Shown: positions 17,132 through 27,066 of the stretch, piece after piece | How positions within the stretch are numbered: the first letter of the stretch is position 1 | Layout of the letters: every line of letters begins with the position of its first letter | DNA from: Candidatus Latescibacterota bacterium | GTDB taxonomy: Bacteria > Latescibacterota > UBA2968 > UBA8231 | Assembly: GCA_964291625.2 (NCBI GenBank) | Contig: OZ220089.1 | Location: 2,944,001-3,008,000 of the forward strand | DNA length: 64,000 nucleotides | Direction of reading: 5' to 3' | Translations under genes and position numbers: made by a program | The notes under the pieces: generated by a model | Database searches by the model: none | Told to the model about the DNA's origin: nothing | Seen by the model: only the letters and a program-made list of their open reading frames with translations

Positions 17132-20100
17132 TCAATAGGCCAGGGCGATCACCCGGGACCGCTTCCGCCTCCCGGCCTCCGAGTCCGCCAGGGCGCCCAC
17201 CTGGCAGAGATAGAGACCGGGGGGCGCCAGGGCGCCGCCGTCCTCGCGGCCGTCCCAGACGACGGTCTGCGGCCCTCCCAGCAGGTCGAACTCGAGGCCG
17301 CGGACGAGCCGGCCGCCCAAGGAGTAGATGCGCACCTGCACCGGGCGGGCGGCGGCCACCGAAAGCAGGGAGAATCGGATCCGGGCCTCGTCGTTGATGC
17401 CGTCGCCGTTGGGCGTGAATGGGTTGGGCGCGATGGCGAGATCGTCGACGATGCGGCCGATCTCGTCGGCGCGGATGGCCAGGGAGGTGGCCGGCCGCAG
17501 GCCGGTGACGTCCTCCCCGGCGGCCCCCTGCCAGGAGGTGTCCAGGCCGCTGTTGCGGACCGCCAGCTCCAGCAGGGTGCTGGGCAGGTAGACGGCGGAG
17601 GCGAAGCGCACCCGCAACAGCCTCCCGGGACCGATCACCCGTCCGCGCTCGGCGGACCTCAGACGGGCGTACTGGCGGTCGCTCAGCGAGTCTCCGAGCG
17701 CGGAGTACACCGTCTGCTCCCCGAGGGTTGTGACGATCCTGTAAAAGCGTACCGGCCCCTTCTCCTCCTCGGGCAGCTCCTCCCAAGCTGCGGCGTCCAC
17801 CTCTTCCAGCTCCTCGCCATCGAGCCGGAAGTAGCGGATCGCTCCCTGCTCCTCCTCGGGCAGGTCGTTGTAGCCGTTCTGGGTGAGCAGGCGCCCGTCG
17901 AGACCGGCGGGGACCTCGTCGCCGGGCGCGAGGCGGCGGTAGAAGGTCCGGGGAAGCAGCTCCTCGGGGGCGCTCCGGACCGGCTCGGGCAGCCGCAGCC
18001 AGAGGGAGTCCCGGTGGCCGAGGACCCGCATGACCCGGCCCTCGGCGTCCTGGAGCCCGTCGACGTGAGGTTGCTCGAAGAGCATGGCGGGCTCGTCCCG
18101 GGTCAGCTCGTCCTCGGTGCCGGCCGCCAGGTCGATCAGGCGCATGTCGAGGGGCGGGTCGGCCCGCAGCAGAAGCTCGTCGAAGCCGGGGCTCTGGCTG
18201 CCGGACGACCCCTCGAGGAAGCCGGGCTGCAGAAAGACCTCGAAGGTGTCGAGCTGGCCGGCGGCGGACACATCGGGCCAGACCTCGGCTCCCAGTCGCT
18301 GGGCCACGGGCGTCTTCAGATCGACGCTGATGCGCCGTATGGCGGGCACCGACACGCGGTCGTGATTGACCAGGCGCGCCTGGATCCGCATGAACCGGCG
18401 CAGCCCGGGGGAGGTGGCCGGATCGCCCGGGCGTTCGTACTTGCGGCTCCACGGACTCCACCCGGGACCGGCCACGTAGGAGGTGTCGACCGGGCCTTTC
18501 CGGGTGAAGGAGAGGCGCTTGTACTGGGAGGCCGTCTTCTCGTTGCCGTCGGTGTCGAAGTAGCGGATGCGCTCCAGCAGCTGGTCGCCGGTGCGGGTGC
18601 GGATCTGCACCTCGGCCCCGGGGGGTTCGTCGGCCTCCCATCGGACCGCGCCGAGGGTGACCTCTCCCGGCAGCTCGATGAGGTCCGACTCGAGGACCGC
18701 CTCCGCAGCAGGACCTTCGGCGAAGAGCCACATCAGCCGGATTCGGGGCCAGTAGCGGGAGGTCAACTCGCTGGCGTCGTCGGGAAGGGCGAAGGCGATC
18801 ATCTCGAGGAAGCGCACGCGGCGGGAGGGTTCCAGGGGATCCGCCAGGAGGCGGTAGTGGCCGTTGTGCAGGTTGGTCTCCCGCTCGACGGAGGAGAACT
18901 GGTCCCACTGCAGGTTGCCCTGGGCGTCGCGGGCTCCGATGGAGCTGCGCAGGCGGTAGCCCCGGGGCGGGTTGAAGCCGACGGTCCGGACCTCCTTCAG
19001 CCACACCGTGCCGCCCATGTCGACGGTGATCGTGTTCCGGCCCGGCTCGGAAACGATGTAGGTGCTCACCTGGTTGTGGCTTCCGTAGATCCCGTCGAAC
19101 ATGAAACCCGGTTGGCCGGAGGTGGAGGTCTCCTCCACGCTGCCGCCCCCGGAGAGGAACTCGATTCCGAGGTCGTCGCCCCGGCCCCAGGCCTCGACCT
19201 CGGCCAGCCGCGGCAGCTCGCGGCGGTAGTGGACCCGTCCGCCGCGCCGGTCCTCGGGCAGGGAGAGCCAGGTCTCCTCGGAGACCGGCTCCTCGAAGTC
19301 GCCGTCCCTCAGGAAGTGGACGACATCGCCGCGCTCCGCCGCCGGCAGGGCCTGCCAATCCTCCTCCCCGACCTCCTCGGCGCGGCCGCCCCGGGTGTCG
19401 GTGACCACGATGCGGATCAGCTCCACCAGCTTGCCGTCCCATTCCGGGCTGGGCTCGCCGACCCCCAGGTAGGTGCTGGATCCCTTGTAGCTGTCGCTGA
19501 TGGGCAGACGCCGGTCGGGGTCGGTCAAGGCGTCGGCGGGCAGGTACTCGCTGACTCGTTCCGCGTCGAATACGAATGTGCGCCGGTCGGTGTTCACGCC
19601 GTCGAAGGGGATGAAGACATCCGTGTTGCGCGGCACGTCGTCCACGTAGGAGCCCTGCGCCGGACCGACGAGGATGAGGAATCGGTAGAAGGGATCCCCC
19701 CACTCCTCCTCGACGAAGGACAGGCGGAGCCTCTCGAGGGGCACCGGCCGGCCCAGGCCCACTTCGACCCACCAGTCCTCGGGCGGGTCGTCGAGGTCGG
19801 GCTCCCAGAACGTCGTCGGATCGCCGTCGACGAGGTGGTGCATCAGGTGCGGGTTGGACCCGGCGCGGCTCCCCCCGGGGCGGACCACATGGTCGTAGAC
19901 GAGGTTGTCGCCGAGGTCCCTGACCGGATCGCCCCGGAAGTCCCGCCGGACGGTACTGTCCACGTTGGCGATGCGTGGAGCATCGCGGGTGAGGACCACC
20001 GGGCGGCCGAAGGACCGGTCGGACAGCAACTCGTAGACGGTGCGGAACTCCCGGGAGCGCACCGTGCCGTCCCGCTCCAGGCGGACCAGGTGGGTGGGCA

Positions 20101-20242
20101 TGGTCCAGGCCTCCCAGTGCCGCGCACGGTCGACGACGACCTGGCCGCCGCGCACGTCGTAGCCGTTCTGCGCGAGGAGGGGGCCGCCCCACAGCGGCAA
20201 GAGCGCCCACAGGGCCGCCCCGACTCTGCGCCATGTGGTCAT
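17132..20242 (-). CDS. Large secreted protein with discoidin-like segments, short internal repeats and C-terminal FlgD-Ig/CTD-like domain
   Basis: Start set at ATG 20242 (TGATG overlap); signal peptide; LVDGDPTTFW; PNPFTPNGDGINDE..WDGRE..PPGLYL, ends IALAY. Confidence 0.8.
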   Translation of the reverse strand: MTTWRRVGAALWALLPLWGGPLLAQNGYDVRGGQVVVDRARHWEAWTMPTHLVRLERDGTVRSREFRTVYELLSDRSFGRPVVLTRDAPRIANVDSTVRRDFRGDPVRDLGDNLVYDHVVRPGGSRAGSNPHLMHHLVDGDPTTFWEPDLDDPPEDWWVEVGLGRPVPLERLRLSFVEEEWGDPFYRFLILVGPAQGSYVDDVPRNTDVFIPFDGVNTDRRTFVFDAERVSEYLPADALTDPDRRLPISDSYKGSSTYLGVGEPSPEWDGKLVELIRIVVTDTRGGRAEEVGEEDWQALPAAERGDVVHFLRDGDFEEPVSEETWLSLPEDRRGGRVHYRRELPRLAEVEAWGRGDDLGIEFLSGGGSVEETSTSGQPGFMFDGIYGSHNQVSTYIVSEPGRNTITVDMGGTVWLKEVRTVGFNPPRGYRLRSSIGARDAQGNLQWDQFSSVERETNLHNGHYRLLADPLEPSRRVRFLEMIAFALPDDASELTSRYWPRIRLMWLFAEGPAAEAVLESDLIELPGEVTLGAVRWEADEPPGAEVQIRTRTGDQLLERIRYFDTDGNEKTASQYKRLSFTRKGPVDTSYVAGPGWSPWSRKYERPGDPATSPGLRRFMRIQARLVNHDRVSVPAIRRISVDLKTPVAQRLGAEVWPDVSAAGQLDTFEVFLQPGFLEGSSGSQSPGFDELLLRADPPLDMRLIDLAAGTEDELTRDEPAMLFEQPHVDGLQDAEGRVMRVLGHRDSLWLRLPEPVRSAPEELLPRTFYRRLAPGDEVPAGLDGRLLTQNGYNDLPEEEQGAIRYFRLDGEELEEVDAAAWEELPEEEKGPVRFYRIVTTLGEQTVYSALGDSLSDRQYARLRSAERGRVIGPGRLLRVRFASAVYLPSTLLELAVRNSGLDTSWQGAAGEDVTGLRPATSLAIRADEIGRIVDDLAIAPNPFTPNGDGINDEARIRFSLLSVAAARPVQVRIYSLGGRLVRGLEFDLLGGPQTVVWDGREDGGALAPPGLYLCQVGALADSEAGRRKRSRVIALAY

Positions 20243-22986
20243 CACCATCTCCCCAGTCCGGCGTACACGGTGATGAAGGACTGCACCCGGGTGAAGGCTT
20301 TCTCCTCCCGGGGGGTGGTGCGCTCCACCACGAAACCGGTCATGAACCACACCTGGTAGCCCTGGTAGGCCGAGGTGCTGGTCAGCTGCAGCCCCGTGGA
20401 GACGCCGGAGAAGTCGGCGGCCCGGCTGTCCAGATCGCGGGAGAGGAGATACTCGATCCCGCCCTGAAGGGTGGTGGCGCGCAGCAGGGGAACCACCACC
20501 AGTCCGGAGACCAGTTGGGTCAACGTGGTCCGTTGCGCGTCGCTGTAGAGATTGCGGCTCTGGCTGATGTACTCGCTCTTCCAGCGCGGCACGAGCTCCA
20601 GCGTCCCCAGGCGGTAGCTGAAGGCGGCCTTGTTGACGAGGCCGAGGAAGTGGTCGGACTCGTCGAGACCGTGACGCAGCCGTTCCTCCTCCTCGAGCCG
20701 CTGCACGTAGCGCAGGTAGCTGAGCTTGCTCTGCAGGAAGAGGCCGCCCGTCTGGTAGTGGTGGCCGAGGAAGGACCGGTGGATCCACGTGTCCCGGGCC
20801 AGCAGCGGGTCTTCCACCGGCGTCACCCGTCCGCCGTTGAGGGTGTTGTCGGGCGCCCACTGAAGCAGCGGGTCGGGGATGTCGTCGCGGACCGACTCCA
20901 GGGTCTGGAAGATCCGGAGCCGTCCCCACCGCGCCGAGATCCGGTCGTATCCGATGACCGCGTAGTCGCTGTGATTGCGCCGGGCCGACGCGATCGACCC
21001 CTCACGGAGGGTCCCGGCCTTGACCTCCAGGCCCGGGGCCGGGCGGACGCCGCCGAAGAGGTTGAAGCCCCGGCGGTCGCGGCGGTAAGGGTAGTCGGGC
21101 TCGTCGTCGTTCTCGAAGCGGTCGACCCAGAAGTTGTGGTTCATGTCGACGCCGAGGAGGAACTCCGGCCGGTCGGAGCCGAAGCGCAGGAAGGGCTCCT
21201 CGTAGTCGGGGACGGTGTTCGGGCGGATCCGGTTGTCGTTCTGGTTGTAGTCGGGGATGAAATCGTTATTGAGGTCCCAGCCGGGGAAGACGCGGAAGTC
21301 GACGCCGCCTTCACCCCTGGAGTAGGGACCGACCGCGCCCTGGGCGACGGTGTCGAAGCGGAAGAGGTCGGGCAGCCGGTCCTGGTCGTCGTTGTCGTCC
21401 ACCAGCTCCAGCTTCAGGCGGTCGTCATCGTAGGAGACGCTGCCGTCGGCGGAGGTTACGAAGGTCTGGGTGTTGTACAAGGGGTCTATGGAGTAGGCCT
21501 CGCCATGGAAGAAGAAGGGGTCGGCCGTCCGGCCCAGGTTGAGCATCCACGCCGGCCGCGCCGCCTTGCCGGCGATCCCGGAGGAGACCTCGTGTTTCTC
21601 GGCGAGGGGGTTGGGGTACTTGCGGTAGCTCCACCCCAGGTCGTACTCGCCGTAGAGGTCGAGACCCCACACGTCGCTCACCTTCAGGGTGCTGCCCACG
21701 AGGTGGGTGGCGGTGGGCAGCCCGTACTGAAAGCGCACCACGCGCAGGTTGGAGCCGTCGCTGACGTTGCCCTCCGCCCGCTCCACCATGAGCAGCACGG
21801 GCGTGCCCTGGCGGCCGGTCTGCCGGTCGGAGGTCATCCAGATCTGGTAGTCGTTGGCCAGGGTCAGGTGGAACTCGACCTTGGCGATCTCGCTGCGGTC
21901 GGCCCGCGCCCGGCCGGCGAAGGCGGGATCGGTGAAGTCCCAGGTCAGGCGGATCTCGTTGCTGCCGGCGGCGGTGAGGAAGCCCTCGCGGGGGGTCCCT
22001 CCCGAGACGACGGGCTCGAAGCGGATGTCCCTGCCGCTGTCGGTGCTGCCGTCGAGATAGGTGATGAGGATGTCCGAACCGGCCGGGAACCAGGAGGCGC
22101 CGCTGGCGGGATCCTCGGGGGAGTCGTCGCGCAGGACGATCTCGATGGAGGAGACCAGGCCGTTCTTCGATTCCTGCAGCGAGCCGGAGAGCAGGTTGTC
22201 CATGAGCCGGCTGTTGAGGCTGTTGGACTGGTGGGCGTTGGCCATGTGGACCCCCACCTCCACGAAGTCGCCCACCTGGGTCACGAAGCGGCCGCCCATG
22301 ATGGTGGTGACGTCGGTGCGGGGCCGGAGGTCCGACTGGCCGCCGATGCCGCCCTGCGAGTAGAGCAGGGTCGCCATGTACTTGTCGGTGGCGAAGTCGA
22401 GCTGCACGCCGCTGAACCGGGGCTTGGAGAACACCAGCGGCGTCAGGGTCGTGCGCAGGTCGCGGCCCGCGGTGAGGGCGAAGTGGTACTGGCCCTTGCT
22501 CTCGGTGGCGACGGCGACGTTGGAGAACCACTCCGCCATCCTCTGGGCCTCGAAGAAGACGTGCCCGCTCTCGAGCGGGGTCGTCTGGCTGGTGTTGAAG
22601 AGCAGCCATCCCCGGGTGAGCAGGTTGCCGTAGAGATCGTAGAACAAGTCGCCCTCGAGGGCGGTGTCCACGTAGCGCTCGTACGGCTCGCGGGCGTAGG
22701 AGGTGGTCTCCCACTGCCAGAGCCCGGCCTGCGAGTAGAGCTCCTGGGGCACGTACCACTTCCGAACCGTCGGATCGACGGCCTCCATCAGGACCATGGG
22801 GCCCCGAGGCTCGAAGCCGCGCACCCCCGCCTGGGCCACGCCGAGGCGTCCCCCGTAGTCGACCTGTGCCGGCGCCGCTTGCGGACCCAGGACCGCCGCG
22901 GCGAGGAGAACACGGACCACCCGACAAAGCCCCCTCCGGCTCTCCCGCGCGGCCCGGCCGCCTCTCTGGTTCACGGAATCCCTCAT
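20242..22986 (-). CDS. Large exported protein, putative outer-membrane beta-barrel (paralogue B)
   Basis: Signal peptide (..APA|QVDYG); amphipathic beta-strand pattern in C-terminal third; Asp/Asn-rich loops; extensive identity blocks with 27067-29739; start set at ATG 22986. Confidence 0.65.
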   Translation of the reverse strand: MRDSVNQRGGRAARESRRGLCRVVRVLLAAAVLGPQAAPAQVDYGGRLGVAQAGVRGFEPRGPMVLMEAVDPTVRKWYVPQELYSQAGLWQWETTSYAREPYERYVDTALEGDLFYDLYGNLLTRGWLLFNTSQTTPLESGHVFFEAQRMAEWFSNVAVATESKGQYHFALTAGRDLRTTLTPLVFSKPRFSGVQLDFATDKYMATLLYSQGGIGGQSDLRPRTDVTTIMGGRFVTQVGDFVEVGVHMANAHQSNSLNSRLMDNLLSGSLQESKNGLVSSIEIVLRDDSPEDPASGASWFPAGSDILITYLDGSTDSGRDIRFEPVVSGGTPREGFLTAAGSNEIRLTWDFTDPAFAGRARADRSEIAKVEFHLTLANDYQIWMTSDRQTGRQGTPVLLMVERAEGNVSDGSNLRVVRFQYGLPTATHLVGSTLKVSDVWGLDLYGEYDLGWSYRKYPNPLAEKHEVSSGIAGKAARPAWMLNLGRTADPFFFHGEAYSIDPLYNTQTFVTSADGSVSYDDDRLKLELVDDNDDQDRLPDLFRFDTVAQGAVGPYSRGEGGVDFRVFPGWDLNNDFIPDYNQNDNRIRPNTVPDYEEPFLRFGSDRPEFLLGVDMNHNFWVDRFENDDEPDYPYRRDRRGFNLFGGVRPAPGLEVKAGTLREGSIASARRNHSDYAVIGYDRISARWGRLRIFQTLESVRDDIPDPLLQWAPDNTLNGGRVTPVEDPLLARDTWIHRSFLGHHYQTGGLFLQSKLSYLRYVQRLEEEERLRHGLDESDHFLGLVNKAAFSYRLGTLELVPRWKSEYISQSRNLYSDAQRTTLTQLVSGLVVVPLLRATTLQGGIEYLLSRDLDSRAADFSGVSTGLQLTSTSAYQGYQVWFMTGFVVERTTPREEKAFTRVQSFITVYAGLGRW

Positions 22987-22997
22987 GGCCGGCCCGT

Positions 22998-25079
22998 TCA
23001 GTAGGCGATCCCCACGGCGCGTGCCGCCGCGGTGGAGCGGGCGTCGCCGTCCACCGTCAGCTGCACCAGATAGAGCCCGGGAGGCAGCGGGTTCCCCCGG
23101 TCGTCGCGGCCCCCCCAGTCGAGGCCGGCGAAGCCGGCGCTGGTGTAGGTGCCGTTGCCGCCCTGATGCTCGAAGATCGTGGCCCGGCGCCGGCCGCTGA
23201 CGTCGAAGAGGGCCACCTCGATGTCGGCCTCGCCCACCACCGTGAGCACCTCGAAGCTCAGCCGCAGGCGGTCGTTCACCCCGTCGCCGTTGGGGGTGAG
23301 GACGGGCGCCTCCAGGGAGAAGCCGCCGATGAGCCCGCCGCGGGTCACCCCCGGACTGAGGACGGTGATGCCGGATTCGAAAGCCGCGTCGTCCTCGTCC
23401 AGAAGGCCGGCGTCGCCGCCCTCCACCCACTGGAAGGCGTCCGTCCCCTCCACCAGGGCCCGCCCCGCGAAGTCGCTGCTGTAGGCCAGGACCTGGTTGA
23501 CGAAGCGGATCTTGAGCACCGTGCCGTCCTCGGTGATCCGCGGGAAGCGGACGGTGAAGGCCTCGTCGGTGAAGGAGGTGATGGCCGCCTCGCCCTCGTC
23601 GGTCACCGCGTCCTGCGTCTCGAAGTCGTGAGCGAGGATCGTCGTCCCGTCGGCGGCGACCATCTCCAGGCCCTCGATCCGTTCGGCCCGGCCCTGGGTG
23701 GACAGCTCGAAGGCGTTGAACCCCTGCACCTCGGCGCGCCTCATGTCCGCCCGCACGGCGTACACGAACCGGGTGGGAAGAGCGGCCTCCACGTCGCGGG
23801 GGAAGATCTCGGCCACGAGGGCGTCGGCCAGGGCCGGCCGGGTGAACTCGAAGGAGATGCCCTCGAGGACCTGGCTCGAGTGCAGCCCCCGGCTGAGGAA
23901 CTCGACCTGGAACTGGAAATAAGTCCGCGGCGCCGGGGAGACGTTGCGGGTGCCCGCGGCGCTCAGGCCCTCCGTGGCCGGGTAGGGCGGCGACCAGGGG
24001 CTCCAGTTCTCCACGTCGTCCCCTATGGACCCGCGCTCCCAGAGATCGCTAGCCGCGCCGTCGGCGGGCAGGGCGAGGAACTCCTTGCGCGAGAGGGGTT
24101 CGCCCGGATTGTCGACGGACCGGGGGATGTCCTCGGCGTTGGGGTTCCCCACCTCGCGGCGGTTGTAGACGAAGGGAGTATCGTCGCTCCCGGTGCGGGT
24201 GCGGATGACGAGGCCGGTGAGGGCCTCCTCTCCGGTCACGCTTCTCTGCCAGCGGACCTGTCCCCAATTGCTGGGGGTGCCCAGGTCGACCACGGGGGAC
24301 AGGTAGCGGGCGAAGGGGTAGAACCCCTCGCCGAAGATCTGGAACTTCTCGATCTCGTAGGGTATGGCCGAGGTGGCCCGCAGGCGCACGAAGCGCACGT
24401 ACCGGGGCGGGTCGATCTCCACCACCGTCACCGGCTCGGAGTTGTCGTCCACGGTGAGGAAGGACTCCCAGGTGCCCAGGGCGGGAAGTCCGGCCTCGTT
24501 GAGGAGCAGGCCGTCGTGGATCCGCACCTCGAAGTTGCGCAGGAAGTCGTCCTCGAAGGGGGTGGTCGGCGAGGGCAGAAGGGTGTTGCGCGGGAAGAAG
24601 CGGAGGCGGTTGACGCCGACGATCGCCCCCAGGTCCACGGTCAGCAGGGTGCCCTGGATCTTGTCGCCCTTGCGCTCGAAGGCGGTGCCCGTCGACTCGG
24701 GGGTGAGCAGACCCTGCAGGATCTCGGCCAGCAGCCTCCTGTCGAGCTCCAGGGATGTCTCGGAGACGATACTGCCGCCGTTGGCCACGAGGCTGGCGGA
24801 CAGGTTCTCGCCCTCGTCCAACTGGACGGGCAGGAGGGCCTGCGGATGGTCGCCATGGTCCAGCTCGACGCGGCCGTCCGGGGCGACGCCGATGGCGGTG
24901 ACCCCCGGCGTGAGGGAGGGGCGGAACTCGGGCTGGATGGTGGCCACGCCCTCCAACCCGGAGACCTCCCCCTCCCAGGTGATGTTCCCGTCCCGGCCGA
25001 AGCGCACCTCCTGGGCGCCGGTGGGGGACAGCCCCGTGAGCACCGCCAGGGCCAGGCGGACCAGGACCCCGGCCCTCAC
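22998..25079 (-). CDS. Secreted protein with C-terminal FlgD-Ig/CTD-like domain
   Basis: Signal peptide (..TGA|QEV); RTRTG..NWSPWS..SPAPRTYFQF; VLTPNGDGVND..WGGRDDRG..PPGLYL, ends VGIAY. Confidence 0.8.
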   Translation of the reverse strand: MRAGVLVRLALAVLTGLSPTGAQEVRFGRDGNITWEGEVSGLEGVATIQPEFRPSLTPGVTAIGVAPDGRVELDHGDHPQALLPVQLDEGENLSASLVANGGSIVSETSLELDRRLLAEILQGLLTPESTGTAFERKGDKIQGTLLTVDLGAIVGVNRLRFFPRNTLLPSPTTPFEDDFLRNFEVRIHDGLLLNEAGLPALGTWESFLTVDDNSEPVTVVEIDPPRYVRFVRLRATSAIPYEIEKFQIFGEGFYPFARYLSPVVDLGTPSNWGQVRWQRSVTGEEALTGLVIRTRTGSDDTPFVYNRREVGNPNAEDIPRSVDNPGEPLSRKEFLALPADGAASDLWERGSIGDDVENWSPWSPPYPATEGLSAAGTRNVSPAPRTYFQFQVEFLSRGLHSSQVLEGISFEFTRPALADALVAEIFPRDVEAALPTRFVYAVRADMRRAEVQGFNAFELSTQGRAERIEGLEMVAADGTTILAHDFETQDAVTDEGEAAITSFTDEAFTVRFPRITEDGTVLKIRFVNQVLAYSSDFAGRALVEGTDAFQWVEGGDAGLLDEDDAAFESGITVLSPGVTRGGLIGGFSLEAPVLTPNGDGVNDRLRLSFEVLTVVGEADIEVALFDVSGRRRATIFEHQGGNGTYTSAGFAGLDWGGRDDRGNPLPPGLYLVQLTVDGDARSTAAARAVGIAY

Positions 25080-27064
25080 GGCCCCACCCCCATGCGGGAC
25101 TGCAGTTGGTCGGTCATCATGCTCGTCACCAGCGTCAGGTGCCCCTGCAGGTCCTCGCGCTCGCGGTTCCGCTGATAGCGGACGTAGGCGAGGCGGGACT
25201 CCTCGGCGCGGGCTTCGTCCCCGAGGCGCTCGTAGGTCAGGGCGAGGTAGTAGTGGACCCGGTGGTCTTCGGGCCAGACCTGGCGCAGGCGTTCGAAGAG
25301 GGCGGCGGCCTCCCGGTGGCGGCCCTGCTCGTGGAGCTGGCGGCCCCTCAGCCCCAGGGCCGCTCCCGAGTCCGGCGCCGTCTCCAGGACCTGCTCCAGC
25401 ACCTCCGCCGCTTCCTGGCCGCGGCCTCGGCGGATCAGCACCTCGGCCAGGACGGGACCGTACTCGGCCACCTGTCCCCCCTCGTAGAGGGCGCGGCAGG
25501 CCTCCTCGGCCTCGGGCAGCCGGCCGGCGGCCGAGTAGAGCAGGGCCAGCATGCCGCGGGCCCGGACGTTGCCCGGCTCCGCCTCCAGCGCCCGTTCATA
25601 GGCGCCCAGGCCCCCCTCCACGTCGCCGCTGCGGAACAGGGCGTCGCCCAGAAGGGTGAGCAGCGAATCCGCGGGGGCGGCCTGCGCCCTGATCAGCTCC
25701 CGGTAGCATCTGGCCGCCTCGGCCGCCCGCCCCGAGGTCAGGTAGACCTTGGCGAGGGCCATGCGGGACTCGTGCATCTCCGGCCAGCGCTCGAGCAGGC
25801 TCTCGTAGAGGCCGGCGGCGCGGATGTCGTCCTTCTGGGCCCGGTAGTGCCCGGCCAGGGCCTGGTAGGTCTCCAGCCTGGCGGGGTCGAGGGAGAGGGC
25901 CGTCTCGTACTCGCGGACGGCGTTGGCGCGCAGTCCGAGCTGCCCGAAGCCATGGCCGAGCCAGTAGTGCTGCCCGGCCCGGCCTTCGGCGCCCGCATCG
26001 CCGGCGTTGAGGCCGATGGCCAGCAGGAGGCAGGCGGCCGCCGCCGCCAGCGCCGGCAGCCTCGGAAGGGTGGCCATCGCCGTCACCCCGGCCGCGGCGA
26101 AGATCAGCAGGACCGGCACCGCCGGGGCGCGCACCGCCGAGTCCGCGGCCGGCAGGAGCAGGGCCTGCACGGTGAAGCAGCCGGCGAAGAGGAGGAGGGC
26201 GATCTCCAGCGGCCCTCGCCCGCCGCGCAGGCGCGCGAAGATGCCCGCCAGCGCCAGGGGCGCCGCCACGCCGAAGGGGAAGGCCAGCCCCTCGTCCCAC
26301 AGCAACACCGACAGCAGGCTGGAGCTGCGGCTCCCGAAGTAGGGATCGACCTCCCCCAGGAACTCGCCTCCCTGCCACAGGGCGTGGACCCGGCGGAGGC
26401 CCTCCCCCAGCCCCGGAGCCGCCTCCGGCGCCCAGGCCGACAGCAGCCAGGCGGGCAGCAGGACGGCGGCCGTCCCCAGTGCCAGGCGCAGGGCCGCACC
26501 CCGGCGGCTCCGCAGCAGCCAGAGGGCCAGGGCGAGGGCGAAGAGGCAGATCCACCACTCGGCGAGGGCGGCGAGCCCCAGGAGCAGCCCCGGCAGCCAG
26601 AACGGCCGCTCCCCGGAAGAGGTGAGGGCCCGCGACAGGGCGATCAGGGCGAGCAGCACCAGGCACGTGGCCAGCACCGGAGGCAGGATCTCGCCGGAGA
26701 AGTAGATGGCAGGTCCGTAGAGGGCGAGGGCCAGGCCGGCCCCGAGAGCCGCTTTCGGCGGGAGGGCGGACGACCTGGCCAGCCACCAGAGCAGGACGCA
26801 GTTGACGGCTCCGAGGACCACCTGGACTCCGCGAACCAGATCGAAGTCCCCGGGGACGACGGCGAGAAAGGCGTCGTAGAGGGAGACGAAACCGGCCGCC
26901 TCGCCAGAGCTGCGCTCCAGGTGGGCGATGGCGGACCCCAGCGGGACCTCGCGCACAGGGTGGCTGCCGGACTGGTGGACGTAGATCCACCGGGCCGCCA
27001 GGGCGGCGGCGAAGATGGCGGCCCCCTCGCCGGCGGCGCTGCGGCTCATCTCCCGGAGGCTCAT
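25076..27064 (-). CDS. GT-C (GT39-like) membrane protein with long TPR tail, possibly degenerate
   Basis: YGPAIYFSGEILP, DPYF..SSLLS.LLW..GLAFPFG shared with 11858-13783; ~8 TPRs; start set at ATG 27064. Confidence 0.7.
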   Translation of the reverse strand: MSLREMSRSAAGEGAAIFAAALAARWIYVHQSGSHPVREVPLGSAIAHLERSSGEAAGFVSLYDAFLAVVPGDFDLVRGVQVVLGAVNCVLLWWLARSSALPPKAALGAGLALALYGPAIYFSGEILPPVLATCLVLLALIALSRALTSSGERPFWLPGLLLGLAALAEWWICLFALALALWLLRSRRGAALRLALGTAAVLLPAWLLSAWAPEAAPGLGEGLRRVHALWQGGEFLGEVDPYFGSRSSSLLSVLLWDEGLAFPFGVAAPLALAGIFARLRGGRGPLEIALLLFAGCFTVQALLLPAADSAVRAPAVPVLLIFAAAGVTAMATLPRLPALAAAAACLLLAIGLNAGDAGAEGRAGQHYWLGHGFGQLGLRANAVREYETALSLDPARLETYQALAGHYRAQKDDIRAAGLYESLLERWPEMHESRMALAKVYLTSGRAAEAARCYRELIRAQAAPADSLLTLLGDALFRSGDVEGGLGAYERALEAEPGNVRARGMLALLYSAAGRLPEAEEACRALYEGGQVAEYGPVLAEVLIRRGRGQEAAEVLEQVLETAPDSGAALGLRGRQLHEQGRHREAAALFERLRQVWPEDHRVHYYLALTYERLGDEARAEESRLAYVRYQRNREREDLQGHLTLVTSMMTDQLQSRMGVGP

Positions 27065-27066
27065 CC

